This document shows positions 33,401 through 47,716 of a stretch of DNA of 64,000 nt, piece by piece. The DNA lies in NCBI GenBank assembly GCA_030390025.1, contig CM059432.1:111230001-111294000 (forward strand). The letters run 5' to 3'. A model generated the notes under the pieces. It was not told the origin of the DNA, did no database searches, and saw only the letters and a program-made list of their open reading frames with translations. Both the position numbers and the translations under genes were made by a program. This stretch comes from Squalus acanthias (lineage: Eukaryota). Each line of letters begins with the position of its first letter. The stretch's first letter is position 1.

Positions 33401-36390
33401 GCGAGGCGCCGATTCAAAAACAACATCAATGAGTGACGTCACAGGAGAGCAGGTAGGTGATTGGTTGGTGAGTATTGCAGCCCTTTTTTACTCTTTAAGT
33501 TAGGGAAAGGGGTTAAATTAAGAGCTGAGAAACTGTAACTTGCTAGTACATATTAAATTAATAACTTAAACTACATAAAATAATCAAACAATAAAACTAA
33601 GATATCAGTTTCATCAAAGCTTTAACTAATTAATTAATAAATAAAACAAGGTTAGAGATGGCAGGGCAGGTGGTGTGTCGTAACTGCAGCATGTGGGAGT
33701 TTGTGGAGAGCATCGCGATCCCGAGCAACCACATCTGCAGTAAATGTCTGCAACGCGAGGAACTTCGGCTCAGAATTGTTGAGCTGGAGTACGAGCTGCA
33801 GACATTGCGATGCATCAGGGAGGGGGAGAGTTACCCGGACACTTTGTTCCAGGAGGCAGTCACACCCTTTAGGTGAAGTAATACTTTAGAGTTCGTCAGT
33901 GCTCAGTGACCTGAGGCTGTGACTGCGAGTCAGGAAGGTATGGGGACCCAGGATGTAGTGATGGAGGAGCCTCAGCCCTGGACCTTGTCCAACAGGTACG
34001 AGGTACTTGCTACCTGTATGGATGAGGAAAAAGGACTGCAGGGAGGAGGGGCAAACTGACCACGGCACTGTGGTACAGGAGGCCATCCAAGTGAGGGGAG
34101 AAGGAAGGAACGTAGTAGTAGTAGGGGACAGTATAGTCAGGGGGATAAATACTGTTCTCTGCAGCCACAAAAGAGAGTCCCGAAGGCTGTGTTGCCTGCC
34201 CGGTGCCAGGGTAAAGGATATCTTCTCGCAGCTGGAGAAGAACTTGGAGTGGGAGGGGGAGGATCCAGTTGTTGTGGTCCATGTAGGAACCAGCGACATA
34301 GGTAGAACTAAGAATGAGGTTCTGCTGAGGGAGTTTGAGGAGCTAGGGTCTAAATTAATAAGCAGAACCACAAGGGTAATAATCTCTGGATTACTACCTG
34401 AGCGACGTGCAAATTGGCATAGGGTCAAGCAGATCAGAGAGTTAAATGCGTGGCTCAAAGAGTGGTGTGGGAAAAAGGGGTTTCAATTCATGGGGCACTG
34501 GCACCAGTACTGGGGAAAGAGGGAGCTGTTCCGTCGGGACCAGCCTCCTGGCAAATCGAATAACTAGGACTGTAGATAAGGCTTTAAAGTAAAAATGGGG
34601 GGAAGGGGTCAGGTGAGGGCAAATTTAGAAATCTAAAGAGAAAGGTCAAGGCAATAGAGCAGTGTAGCGATTTGTGTACAAATAAGCAGAGTGTGACAGG
34701 AAGGGACAGAGAGTTTAATGGTAGCAGTGCAGCAGAGAATAAGGTCAAAGCAGGAATAATGGTAAAAAATTTAAATTAAAGGCTCTTTATCTGAATGCAC
34801 GAAGCATTCGTAACAAGATAGACGAACTAGTAGCACTAATAGAGATAAATGGGTTTGATCTAATAGCCATTACAGAGACATGGTTGCAAGGTGGCCAAGG
34901 TTGGGAACTAAATGTTCCAGAGTACTTGACATTTCAAAAAGACAGGCAGAATGTAAAAGGAGGGGGAGTAGCCCTGATAATAAAGGATGACATAAGGACA
35001 GTAGCGAGAAAGGATCTCGACTCGGAAGATCAGGAAGTAGAATCAGTATGGATGGAGATAAGGAATAACAAGGGGCAGAAAACACTGGTCGGAGTAGTAT
35101 ATAGGCCCACCTAACAGTAGCTATACCGTTGGACAGAATATTAATCAAGAAATAGTAGGAGCTTGCAACAAAGGTAATGCAATAATCTTGGGGGACTTTA
35201 ATCTTCATATAGACTGGACAAATCAAATTGGCAAAGGTAGTCTGGAGGACGAGTTCATGGAATGTATTCGGGACAGTTTCCTAGAACAATATGTCATGGA
35301 ACCAACCAGGGAACAGGCTATTTTAGATCTTGTATTGTGTAATGAGACAGGGTTAATTAGAAATATCATAGTAAAGGATCCTCTGAGGCAGAGTGATCAT
35401 AATATGATAGAATTTCACATTAATTTTGAGAGTGACTTGCCAAAGTCCGAAACTAGAGTCTTAAACTTAATAAAAGCCAATTACATAGGCATGAAGGGTG
35501 AGCTGGCTAAGGTACATTTGAAAAATAGATTAAAAAGTATAGCAGTAGATAAGCAGTGGCTAGCATTTATAGAAATATTTCATAATTCTCAACAAAAATA
35601 CATTCCATTGAGAAACAAAAACTCCATGGGAAAAGTGATCCAACTGTGGCTAACTAAAGAAGTTAAAGATAGCATTAGATTGAAAGAATAAGCTTATAAT
35701 GTTGCAAAGAATAATAGTAAGCCTGAGGATTGGGAGAGTTTCAGAAACCAGCAAAAGTTAACCAAAAAATTGATAAAAAGGGAAAAAATAGAATATGAGA
35801 GAAAACTAGCAAGAAATATAAAAGCAGATTGTAAGAGTTTCTACAAGTATATAAAAAGGAAAAGAGTAGCAAAAGTAACCGTTGGTCCCTTAGAGGCTGA
35901 GACAGGAGAAATTATTATGGGGAATAAGGAAATGGTAGAAATGTTAAACAAATATTTTGTATCTGTCTTCACAGTAGAAGACACAAAAAGCATACCAAAA
36001 ATGATGGGGAACCAAGGGTCTAATGAGGGTGAGGAACTTAATGTAATTAATATAGGTAGGGAAAAAGTACTTGAGAAAATAATGGGACTAAAAGCCGACA
36101 AATCCCCTGGACCTGACGGCCTATATCCTAGGGTTCTAAAAGAGGTGGCTGAAGAGATAGTGGATACATTGGTTTTGATCTTCCAAAATTCCCTAGATTC
36201 TGGAATGGTCCCAGCGGATTGGAAGGTCGCAAATGTAACACCGCTATTCAAGAAAGGAGGGAGAGAAAAAACAGGGAATTACAGGCCAGTTAGCCTGACA
36301 TCAGTCATTGGGAAAATGCTAGAATCCATTATTAAGGAAGTGGTATCAAGTCACTTAGAAAATCAAAACATGATTAGGCAAAGTCAACAG
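33401..36390 (+). mobile_element. CR1 LINE with 5' UTR, ORF1 (33658 to about 34567) and 5' half of ORF2, degenerate
   Basis: ORF1 CxxC..CxxC, coiled coil and SGNH esterase (VGDSIVR, CLPGARV, VHVGT). ORF2 has LNARSI, TETWL, GDFN, SDH, KSPGPDG and NYRPVSL. Confidence 0.92.
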
Positions 36391-36414
36391 AGCTTCGATG
36401 CTGGGGATGTTGCC

Positions 36415-36925
36415 CCAGACTCGAAATTCATTTCTGCTCCCTGAAGCATCCACGGGCGAAAACAACGGCAGCTTCCGGGGACGTGCATCGGGCTTACCTT
36501 TTTTGATCCGTTTTTTACGCGGGTTCCTGCCCGCAATCGATCAGCCCGGCACTCTGAGTGAGTGCCGGGCTGATCGCATGGGTTCGCCGCACCCTTGGTG
36601 GTCCAGGTTGGTGCCCTTTGTTTTGCAGAGCCTGAAGTGATGGCCCTTCCCTTTAAGCAAGGGAAGGAGCCTTCCAACGCGGCAGCGCTTCACGGCCCAG
36701 TGTGCAGCGCAGCAGAACTCACCGCCCCGCCTGCTGCCAATCGCACTCCAAGAGGGAAGTGGAACGCTTGATTTTGCGCTCCACCTCCCTCTTGGAGCGA
36801 GAAAAACAAATTTTTTAAAAGTTAGAAAAACATAGCGCCTGGCGCTAATTTTCCAAACTTTTAAAAGTTATCGTCTCAAACACCCCCATAAAGTGTAAGC
36901 GGTTCACTAGGGAAAAAGTTGGGCC
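36415..36925. mobile_element. Probable Harbinger-type non-autonomous element
   Basis: CpG-rich, contains the tagcgcctggcgctaa palindrome shared with the 2408 MITE, ends aagttgggcc. Confidence 0.5.
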
Positions 36926-36927
36926 TA

Positions 36928-37428
36928 TTAAGGACCCAAAGGGAAATCTTCCTGTAGAGGCAGAGGACATAACTAAAGTATTAAATGAGTACTTTGCATC
37001 TGTCTTCACAAAGGAAGTGGATGATGTGAAGGTTACACTAAAAGAGGAGAGGGAAGTTAGTGACAGGATAGTAATAGAGAAGACAAACTAAAAAGATTAG
37101 CATTACTGAAAGTTGGTCCAGATGGAATGCATCCTAGGTTACTGAAAGAAGCAAAGGTAGAAATAGCAGAGGCATTGGTCACAATCTTTCAATCCTCATT
37201 GGATATGGAAGTAGTGCTGGAGGACTGGAGGGTTGCTAATGTTATACCTCTATTCAAGAAAGGGGAGAGGGCTAAACAAGGAAACTACAGGCCAGTCAGC
37301 CTAACATCGGTGGTGGGGAAGTTATCGGAAACCATTATCGGGGCAAAATAAACTTTCATTTGGGAAGGCATGGGTTAATCAAGGAGAGCCAGCACGGATC
37401 TGTTAAAGGTAAATCATGTCTGACTAAA
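36928..37428 (+). mobile_element. CR1 ORF2 fragment
   Basis: GMHPRLLKE, EDWRVANVIPLFKKG, NYRPVSL. Confidence 0.85.
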
Positions 37429-40323
37429 TATGAATGAATCCCGCTGCAGACATTTCGGGCTGGTATTTCATGGTGTAAGGACCCTGTTAGTGACGTGATT
37501 TATGGTCCTGACATGAAACTCAACCTTAGAGGCCCAGAAGGGGAACAATTGGAACTGTGGAGTCTCACTCCTGGAGTAAGTAGTTCCTGGAGGTATTGTA
37601 AATTTAAAATTTTAATTTTTTCTTACTTTTCCTTTCTGTCTCTTGTTTTTTTCTCTCTCTTAATCTAATCTTTCTTTCCCTCCCTTTATATCTCTTTCTG
37701 TATCTAATATAGACTCTAATTCCTTCTTCATTGTTCCCTCTGTTTCTTTCTCTATCCTTAAATTTCATTGGCTAAGGAGATGGACCCTTGGACCCAGCGT
37801 TCAGGAGGTCCCAGGTGCCTCATTGACATCACCGCACCGTTATCAATTCGCATTTCAGCAATTTGCGACACAAAAATAATACAACCTGAAGGGTGAGGAA
37901 AAAAATCCAATTCACAGTACTCGGCATGAGGTGCCCGTGCCCCGCTCCAGCAACCTCTGGGCCTATGAGTATCTAACAACCACAGCTGCACAGTGACAAA
38001 AGTTCCAAAAAGTTTCAATAAGTTCCTTTATGTAGAAACAATTAATTGCTAGGAGACATACCTAAAGCAATAATGTCCTTTGAACAAGGACCAACTGAAG
38101 GGAATAGGCATCCCCAGCAGCGCCTGTTTTATACAGGCACTCAGTCTATCAGGAGCTGCTCCCATCTCCTAAACACATTGGGGAGGCACTTTCATTTAAA
38201 TAAGTTTCCAGCCTATAATGAACCTATTGCGCCATTGTGCAGAGGCTCCAAGTGTGCATTGCACAGTAGAGATGCACCATGGTGTGCCAGCTACATTGGC
38301 TGTGCAGTAGGCTGCAAGTCTCTGTACCCAGTAATATATGGAGCTGGCACCCAATGCACATCGACATTTTCAGTCCCTATGTGTTAGCAGCATCATTTAC
38401 ACAGTAAGAGGAGCTATTACTTTTGCTATTTGCAGCAAAATCATTTTAAAAGAACAGGGTAGGAACAGCAATCAGAGGAAGTTGACATGGACTAAAGCAA
38501 ATCGTCCCTCTGTGTTAGCAAATCAGAGTATTAATATTGATCTCACCACTATCTAATGAAGACTTGACCTGTTTTGTGAAAGCTCAGATGTCTTCCCTTT
38601 AAGAATCAGGTTAAAGATTCGGGAGATTTACCTTTTTGAATAAATATAGCATATTTATGCATGATCTCAAGGAAGTGCACAAATGGCTTCCTCTCCATGA
38701 TTTCACTTGTTTTTAATCTAATCAGAAACCTCGTACCACATTTAGAAACAATCCAATCTGAACAGACGGATCAATATATGAGATTTAGCAACACCTGCAG
38801 TCTCAAACCAGTCTGCACTGTTCATTAAATGGTATGCAAAAATAAGGACAGTAACAGCCGCTTCAGTAACCAACATCAAATGAATAATTTGTAAGGAAGG
38901 TGACTAGAGCTTTATGGTATGCAGTATTATTTATTCTGTTTGAGTGTATAATCTCCTGTAAATTATGCACAGATGGTATAATGGCAAGCATTCACCATTG
39001 AGTGCCTAACAGTGATACAAAGGATTCAAGCCTCAAGTGGTATCAGTTGGGTGGTATGATTCCTTCCCCTTAATAATTATTTCAAAAAGTTCAGGCTGCA
39101 AGTACTCATTAATATTCTTGTAGCCAAGCATGCCTGTCTTCCAAACTAAAACTTCAGGTTTTCAAACATCTTAACAATGATATCATCACTGATCATGGAT
39201 GTTACCGTGTTATCCTCGAAGCATTTCACATGTAGTATGACTTATTTGCTATGTATTTCACACTTGGCTATTATTTGATTTCCATGTATTTTTCCTGTGA
39301 ATATTAGCATTTTCTCCATGTGTTCTTCAGTTACGTATTACACATCCTATTTGTGTACATTCCACCCTCTAAACTATGTGGGGCACATAGAGAGTTCAGT
39401 ACTTAACACCAAATCTACTTTCGCTTATTGTTACTTTCTCCTTTCATCAGGTTTTTAATACACTGCTTTATAGAAAAGATTAATTGATTTAATTTTAGTA
39501 CAATTTTTGTTGTACTAAAATGAAATCAATTAATCTTACATGTTGAAATTAAATCAATTAATCTTACATGTTGAAAGGTCCAGTTGGTCTATGTTACACA
39601 TAACCCAATTAAATCATGAATCAGGAAATTATCAAGACATTAGATGCAGTGTTTATTCAGTAGATAGCTATAATGATAACATTCTTGAGCTAAAGTGGTT
39701 CACGTCACTCACAGAACTATTAACAGATTAGGACAATAGAGTCTGAAAGTGGCCACTTTCCTAGGTAAGAGATGAACACACGTAGTCTGTTAATGCTGAT
39801 GATCTGTCTATATGAATACTATTCAAAGTGGCAGGAACTTAATTAGCACCAACAAGTTGGTTATATCAGTTTACATAAACTAGTTGGCCAAAAGAGCAGC
39901 TATTGATGCACAGCAACATCCCCAGAACAAATAAAGCTAGAACACTTGGGAGGTTCCCAATAGTTGCATTCTAACAATAAATGGTAAGATGTAGGCAGTA
40001 CGAGGTTAGCTTACACATAAGGGTAACAATTATCTTTTGGGGCCATGATGGCTTTTTTCAAGGTGAATTGTATCATCACAATGGGAATTACCTCATCATG
40101 GCCGGTGTCCATGAAACAAAAGACAAGTTTGCCTGTTATTAGTCTGGAAAGACAATGCCCCTTTGGAAATATTTTGCTTTCAGGAGTAATCCTCTTCTAA
40201 AAGGTTCCTCTCTACATTCATGCTGCCCAACTGGCAGGGATCCCGATGACTAACACAAAAATAGCTGTCCCAGTTATTCCTAAAAATCTTACGGCAGACC
40301 CACAAACAAATCTTTAAAGTCTT

Positions 40324-42370
40324 GGGGGTGAAATTCCCCAGGGCTGAAAAATGGGCGTGGGCACCGCGATACGAGATATGCCCGCACCCGTTCAAGGAGC
40401 GCAGGCAGCATGTCAACTTCGTGCTGTCTGCTAATTATAATGATTGTAGCGCACAGCCTAGCGCTGAAGGTGCTGCTGCCAGGCGCTGTGCTCAGCAGGG
40501 GGCTGAAGTTCGCATTGTTTGAGTGAGGCTAGCTTTACCTACAGCTAGCCTGCTCCTCTTAAAGGCAGTCTGCACCTCTTAAAGGTGAGCTGCCTATGAA
40601 CATTTTTAAAAGTGCTTCAGTACTAACCCAAATGGCTCAACAGGCCAGGGAAAGGGACCCAGGGTCTCGGATGCAGCACTCAAGCTTTGTGCTGGGGGTG
40701 AACATTGGAAGAGAGGTCCTCTACCCACAGGGGCCCAGGAGGCCCTCTAGAAAGAAGGATGTAGGACCAGATCACCAAGGCCGTCACTGCCAACAGTGTC
40801 ACCCCCAGGACCTGGCTCCAGTGCCCAAAGAAGTTTCATGATCTCAGACCACAGGTTAAGGACAGTGAATGCATCTTCAAAAGCCGTCTCCTACCAACTG
40901 TACCACTAGCCTCACATACTGCTCAATGAAAGACCACCCCACCCCATCACTCACCTATCAACAATCTCTACCAAACAGGAAGAACACCTCACATTCATAG
41001 CTTCACCTCACCACTTGGAGGAGACGGTGCTGGCCTTTCTTGGCAGGGGCATGGCTGAGCCCTTGGCTGAAAGAATACAAGATGCCGGTATCCTCATACG
41101 TTATCCTCCTTCTCACATACTACTTCCCCCTCATCCCACAATTTCTTCTGATTTACAAGCTGTACATGGTGTAAGTATGCACCTCTTGCTTTAACCCCCT
41201 CCCATCACCACAACCCTACCCTTGTGCCTTTCTCATTTCAGACACCCAAGAAATCCAACCTACCTAGCCAATGGTTGACCAAGAAGAGGGAGAGGAGAGT
41301 GAAGAAGAAGAAGACGAAATACCAACACTTGATTTCACACTCCCAGTTACCATCTCCTCGAGGTCGTCCTGCAAGGCCACCTGCAGTGTCCCCCACTGAA
41401 AGTCAGCAGCCTTTCACCAGCCAAGCTGCATAGAAGCACTAGGATAGGCAAAGGCACACGCAAGATACTCACTAAGGAAATGCACAAGGGTTATTAGTTG
41501 ATTTTTTGATGTAATATTGGATGCATATATGGATAAAGTTAGATTGGAAAGTTTGCTTTGTGGTGCCTTTTAATTCAGCATTGTGGCCAAGAGGACGCTG
41601 TGATGGTCAGTAACAGAGGGAAGGTAAGGTGTGGGACAAATGTTGAAATGGGAATTCGGGTTGTGTTCACTGGTACCGCAGGTGGATGATTTGATCCCGG
41701 ATATCCCAACCAGAAAGTGGCTGTCTGGGTTGCCTCCTTCCTTCCACTTCCTCCTCTTCTGCTTGTTCCTCTTTCTCCTCCTCCTCCCTCTGTGATCAGC
41801 TTGTCTTTGCTGCCTTTGCTCCATCTCCATGTGATGCTACAGCCCAAGGGTGACTGCAACTAGAGCCCCCAGGAATGGGAGCAAGTGGTGTTCTCAGATG
41901 CCTTCCTTTAAGAGCCAAAGCCTTGCAAACATCTAGCAGCACTCCTTGCACTCCCTGTACACTTTAACAACTTTTCAAATGTCTTACACCAAGCCACTAC
42001 TCAAATAAACTGTACAGGAACCAGCAAAAAAACAAAAATCTAAACTTACCTGAAAGTTGGGTGTGTCCCTTTAAGAAGCACTGGTAGGGGGCTCGTCGTG
42101 TCACTGCAGGCACATTCTGCTGTATGTGCTTTGGAGATGGCATTAAAAGGAGCAGCAACGTTCAAAATAGCAGGCGTTGCACGCTGATTGACGTCACGAT
42201 CTGACTCATTTCCACATCTGGAGTGAGCGCAGGTTATGGCAGGGCTGCTGACCTGCCCTAAATGGCAGCCACTGCATTTCCTGCTGGAAGTGGGCGGAAG
42301 TGAGGCGGCTGCCATTTTTTGATCCAAACTGGCCTTAATGGCCGGCACAAATGGGCCAAATTTCACGGCT
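40324..42370 (+). mobile_element. Non-autonomous Harbinger with degenerate Myb-like gene
   Basis: Ends GGGGGTGAAATT / AATTTCACGGCT. MAQQARERDP..., QCPKKFHDL. Related to 54400-56652 and 63331-64000. Confidence 0.75.
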
Positions 42371-43055
42371 TGGGCTATTGTCCCACATTCCAATTCAGAG
42401 CCTAGATATTAGGTTCAACATAGGCGCATGGTATTTCTTTGAAGTTTCTCTACTGGAAACAGCTCAGTTCTGCATCCAAAATGGCTCAGATGTCACATCT
42501 AGGAAGACCACCAGCACTGGTACAATACCTGTGGAGCTCCCAACGAATAGCTGAACAGGCATTAGCGATCCCTTATCCTAGAAAGTATCCAGCAAGTTTG
42601 TTCCGACCACCTCTGATTTGTCTTTTTCAAATTTTGGCAGTGCGGAGTTCCCTTATTCAATCTATTGACACATCTTTTCAGAGGTTAACAGTCAATTAAT
42701 GAGTTAGTTATTGAAACATTGGTCATATTGTGTATTTACTTTGTTATGCTGGTATCTGCCAGCAGTAATTTAATATTTGTCTGTTTGGCTCAATCATGGT
42801 TTGAATTCTGTTGTTTCGAATGGCCTCTCCAGTGCTCTCAAGAGGAACATTTACGAGGTTGGCAGCTTTGCAGTTTATTTATAGTATCACACAGAAATAC
42901 TTCAGTACAATGTACGCCAACACTATGATAACGGGACAAAGCGAAATATTTTGCAAATACCCACAGAATCAGATTGTTTAAATGTGAAGTGCATTATTTC
43001 ATTTTCTTAATGGGTCTGCTGTACTATTGGCAAAGCTGGGGTGGCGCAGTGGTGC

Positions 43056-45120
43056 TCTCTCTTAGGCAGACCCTCAGAGCCGAGGATGACTTACTTCCAC
43101 ATTAAAAATGAGTTCTCAGGTGACTGATGAGTCCAATGCGGGACCTACAGTCTCTGTCACAGGTGGGGCAGACGGTGGTTGAAGGGACGGGTGGGTGGGG
43201 TGCTTGGGTTGACGTGCGCTCCTTGCGCTGCTTGTGCTTGGCTTCCGCTTGCTCCCGGCGAAGAGACTCCCGGATGCTTCACAAATTTGTGCGGTCTTGG
43301 GCCAGGGATTCCCAGGTGTCAGTGGGGATGTTGCACTTTTTCAAGGAGGCTTTGAGGGTGTCCTTGAAGCGTTTCCTCTGCCCACCTGGGGCTCTCTTGC
43401 CGTGTCAGAGCTCCAAGTAGAGCGCTTGTTTTGGGAGTCTCATGTCGGGCATGCTCCCATCGGAGTTGATCGAGCGTGGTCAAAGCTTCGATGCTAGGGA
43501 TGTTGTCCTGAGCGAGAACACTGACGTTGGTGCGCCTATCCTGCCAATGGATTTGCAGGATCTTGCGGAGGCAACATTGGTGGTACCTCTCCAGTGCATT
43601 GGGGTGCCTGCTGTACATGGTCCATGTCTCTGAGGCATACAGGAGGGCAGGTATCACTACTGCTCTGTAGACCATGAGCTTGGTGCAGGGTTTGAGGTCC
43701 TGGTCTTCAAACACTCTCTTCCTCAGGCGACCGAAGGCTGCACTGGCACACTGAAGGCGGTGTTGGACTTCGTCATCAACGTCTGCCCTTGTTGACAGTA
43801 GGCTCCCGAGGTATGGAAAGTGATCCACGTTGTCCAAGGCCTCGTCATGGATTTTGATAATCGGGGGGCAGTACAGTGTGGTGGGGGCAGGTTGGTAGAG
43901 GACCTTTGTCTTACGGATGTTTAGTGTAAGGCCCATGCTCTCGTACGCTTCGGTGAAGGTGTTGACGATGGTTTGGAGTTCTACCTCCGAGTGTGCGCAG
44001 ATGCAAGCGTCGTCTGCATACTGTAATTCAACGACAGAGGATGGGACAACCTTGGATCTGGACTGGAGGCGATGGAGGTTGTACAGTTTCCTGTTTGTTC
44101 TGTAAATTAGCTCCACTCCAGCGGGGAGCTTACTGAGGGTGAGGTGGAGCATTGCAGGAAGGAAGATCGAGAAGAGCGTTGGTGTGATGACACAGCCTTG
44201 CTTGACCCCGGTCCGTACATGAATTGGGTCTGTGATGGAACTGTTGGTCAGGATCACGGCTTGCATGTTGTCATGAAGCAGGCGGAGGATGGTAACAAAC
44301 TTTTGAGGGCAGCCGACTTTGAGGAGGACACTCCATAATCCCTCACGGTTGACGGTGTCGAAGGCCTTTGTGAGGTCAAAGAAGGCCATGTACAGCGGTT
44401 GGTGCTGTTCCCTGCATTTCTCTTGTAATTGACGCGCGGTGAAGATCATGTCCATTGTGCCCCTTTGTGGGCGGAATCTCCATTGCGACTCTGGGAGGAG
44501 CTCTTCAGCCACTGGGAGAAGGCGATTGAGGAGGATTCTTGCGATGACTTTCCCTGTGGCAGACAGCAGGGAAACACCTCTGTAATTACCACAATCGGAC
44601 TTGTCACCTTTCTTGAAGATGGTCACAATTACGGCGTCTCTGTGATCCCCTGGCATGCTCTCCTCCTTCCAGATAAGAGAAATTAGTTCATGAATTCACG
44701 CCAGTAGTGCTTCTCCGCCATGTTTTAGTGCCTCGGCAGGGATTCCATCTGCTCCTGAGGCCTTGTTGTTCTTCAGTTGTCGGATGGCCTTTTCAACCTC
44801 ATGCCGGGCTGGGGTTGTGCTGAGCTGGTGGCGGGTAGCATGCTGTGGGATGGAGTTGAGGACACTCGCGTCAAAGACAGAGTCTCGGTTAAGGAGATCT
44901 TCAAAGTGTTCCTTCCAGCGGGCACTGACTGCTTCCCTGTCCTTGATGAGCACCTCTCCGTTCTTGGCCCGCAGTGGGGTAGGACCTTGGGTGCTTGGGC
45001 CGTAGGTGGTCTTGAAAGCTAAAGAATCCACACACGTCGTGGTTGTCGGCTAGCTGCTGGATCTACTGCACTTTCTCCACCCACCATCTGTTCTTTAGGT
45101 CGCGAGTTTTTTGTTGGACC
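43056..45120 (-). mobile_element. RTE-clade LINE, 5'-truncated (ORF 43319-44656)
   Basis: GNYRGVSLLS, LLPESQ, FFDLTKAFDTVNR, GVKQGC, YADD, FPYLGS. Flanked by 56-bp direct repeats. Confidence 0.93.
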
Positions 45121-46591
45121 CATTTTCTTAATGGGTCTGCTGTACTATTGGCAAAGCTGGGGTTGCGCAGTGGTGCAGCACATTGGTGTGACACAGAGGA
45201 GCACGATGCAGCTTCATGTCTGCAATTCCAAACAGGCTAAGGTCCAGATCTTGGTTGTGCCACTGGAGGGAGGTGTTTGGTGGTGAGCAAAGGCCAAGCA
45301 TTTTCCCACATGCAGTGAGTCAACACATCCCTCTCATGAACCTCCTGGCAGCTGCTTACAGAGCCAGAGGGCTGCATGTACACCGACTGGTCACGCTTAC
45401 ACTGAGGATTAATGTGTCGTTCGTGAAAATCTAGAAAGGGGAGAAAGGAATCAAAAAAGTAATATTGCAGTATATAAATAAAGTAAAACCTACGGATAGA
45501 ATAATATTGGATGAACTTGCTTTGGTGGTCAGTGCACGTGCTTGCCACTTAACCGTTAGCCTGCCAGTTTCTGCTTTTTTTGCACTGTAGTTTACTTACA
45601 AGGGGAAGATTTTCTCTATTATAAATGGGTTTACAAATATGCACTTAGAGTACTGTGCTCAGTTCTGGTCTCCATATTACAAAAAGGATATAGAAACATT
45701 GGAGAAGGTGCAAAAAAGATTCACAAGGATGATGCCGTGGGGGAGAATGTGGATAAGACCTGAAAGCAGGCGCAGGAATCGCGTTGCGGAATGAACTCAT
45801 GCCCGTTCATTGCGTTGCAGGCAGCACGTCAAATTGGTGCTGCCTGTTCTTATAACTGATTTCTGCATGCAGCCAGTCCTACCCGTCCTGCTCATTGGCT
45901 GCATGCATCAGCAAGAGGCCCAATATCCAGCGCTACTTAAAGGCAGCCGGCATCTGCATTGTGGCTGCAAGAAGTGGTGGGAGTTTTTTCAAAAGTCAAT
46001 CTGTGCTGTGATACTTTGAGCAACGGCTGAACATGTGGAACAGCGTGCACCAAGGTTTTCAGACACTGCACTGGAGGTCTTGGTGGAAGAGGTATAAAGA
46101 AGGATCGACGTCCTGTATCCGCAGGGGGGCAGGAGGCCCTCCAGACACATGCTCAGGAGGCAGTGGAACAAGTAGGTCAATGCCAGGAGTGTTGCTCCAA
46201 GAACATGGATGCAGTGCAGGAAGAAGTTTAACGATCTCACATGAGTTGTCAAGGTGAGTGACTTAATCTTCAAATGCCATATCCTACCAACTGCATCACT
46301 AGTCTCATCCACTGCTCAATTCACGACACCCAGATCACCCACTTACCAACAATCTCTATCAATCAGGACTCAACCATAAAATTCATATGCTTTACCTCAC
46401 TCTCACACACATAGCACTGTTACAAGCCTAGCACTCACAGCTCACACACACTGACAGCTATTCAACCAAATATACTGCAGGACACTCACCGGCACACTTC
46501 CCTCTGTCTTGCAGGAGAAGGTGGCACATAATAACAGGCAGCAGCAAAGAATTGGAGGAGGACAAGCATGCCTGCATGGTTTAACCCCCAA

Positions 46592-46848
46592 TTGAGGAGG
46601 AATTTCTTCACTCAGAGGGTTGTGAATCTTTGGAATTCTCTGCCCCAGAGGGCTGTGAATGCTGAGTCTTTGAGTATATTCAAGGCTGAGATAGATAGAT
46701 TTTTGGACTCTATGGGAATCAAGAGATATGGAGATCAGGCGGGAAGGTGGAGTTGAGGTCAAAGATCAGCCATGATCTTATTGAATGGTGGAGCAGGCTT
46801 GAGGGGCCGTATGGCCTACTCCTGCTCTTATTTCTTATGTTCTTATTT
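46592..46848 (+). mobile_element. CR1 3' end inside Myb exon 2
   Basis: RRNFFTQRVVNLWNSLP plus 3' stem-loop and tail. Confidence 0.85.
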
Positions 46849-47716
46849 TCTTCTGAGACAGTGCTGGCCATCATGAGAAGGGGCATCACTTGAGGCTGTG
46901 GCCACTGGCGGGGCCGAAGCAATTGATGATGAGGGTATCTGCATACTTAATCCTCCTTTTCTCATCCCACTTCTGACTCACAAGCTGCAGATGGTGTAAG
47001 CACACACTTCTTACTTTCTCCTCTCCCCTCACTGCAATCCAACCCTCGTCCCTTTTCATTTCCGATACCAAAGAACTGGAACCTTCCCAGTCAATGGAGG
47101 AAGGGGAAGAAGAAAGTGAACATGAAGAGACACCGTCACTCGATCTCACAATCGCAGCCACCAGCTCAGATACTGACACTACGTGTAGTTTAGAGGTTAG
47201 GATAGAGGAGGGATCTGTGTGTGTGAGACACCGGGCACAAGTGCGCAGGAACCAGGGTGGGGGAAAAGGATAGCGCAGGTGCCAGCTCACTGGAGGGCGA
47301 GGTCGCACACTGGTTCCGGTGCAGAGGTGTCAGATGAGGACTTTGATGGGTCAGGCTACAGAAGAAGGCTGATGGGTGTACATAACCAAATACTTGGTGC
47401 ACTAGAAAGCCTGCCAGAAAACCTGTGCTCAATGTCAAGGAGCATGGAGGAGTCCAGCCCCAACTTGGCACAGGCCTTTGCACAGATCTTGGAGCCCATC
47501 CTTTCCAACATGGAATGGGTGGTCACCTCCATCAGCAAACCTGTGGAACCCACCATGATGCAGCATCTGATGGCCACTGTCACAGCACAAGCAGCGTCCA
47601 TCAAAGGTCTGAGTGCTGCAGTGGAAGCTCAGACTGCTGCCATCAAGGCTGCGGATACCAGTGCTCAAAGGAGCTTGCTGGGTGTCACAGCAGCCCAGCA
47701 ATCTGTCCTCCAACAG

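Noticed and set aside
32321..33442. 373-aa ORF of 16-aa repeats, or a CRISPR-like array
   Set aside because: It is the antisense read of a 48-bp tandem repeat. There are no unique spacers and no cas genes, and the context is eukaryotic.
38000..40320. Host exons in the AT-rich unique region, including an acceptor-like site at 40183
   Set aside because: All three frames stop soon after the acceptor and no peptide is recognisable.
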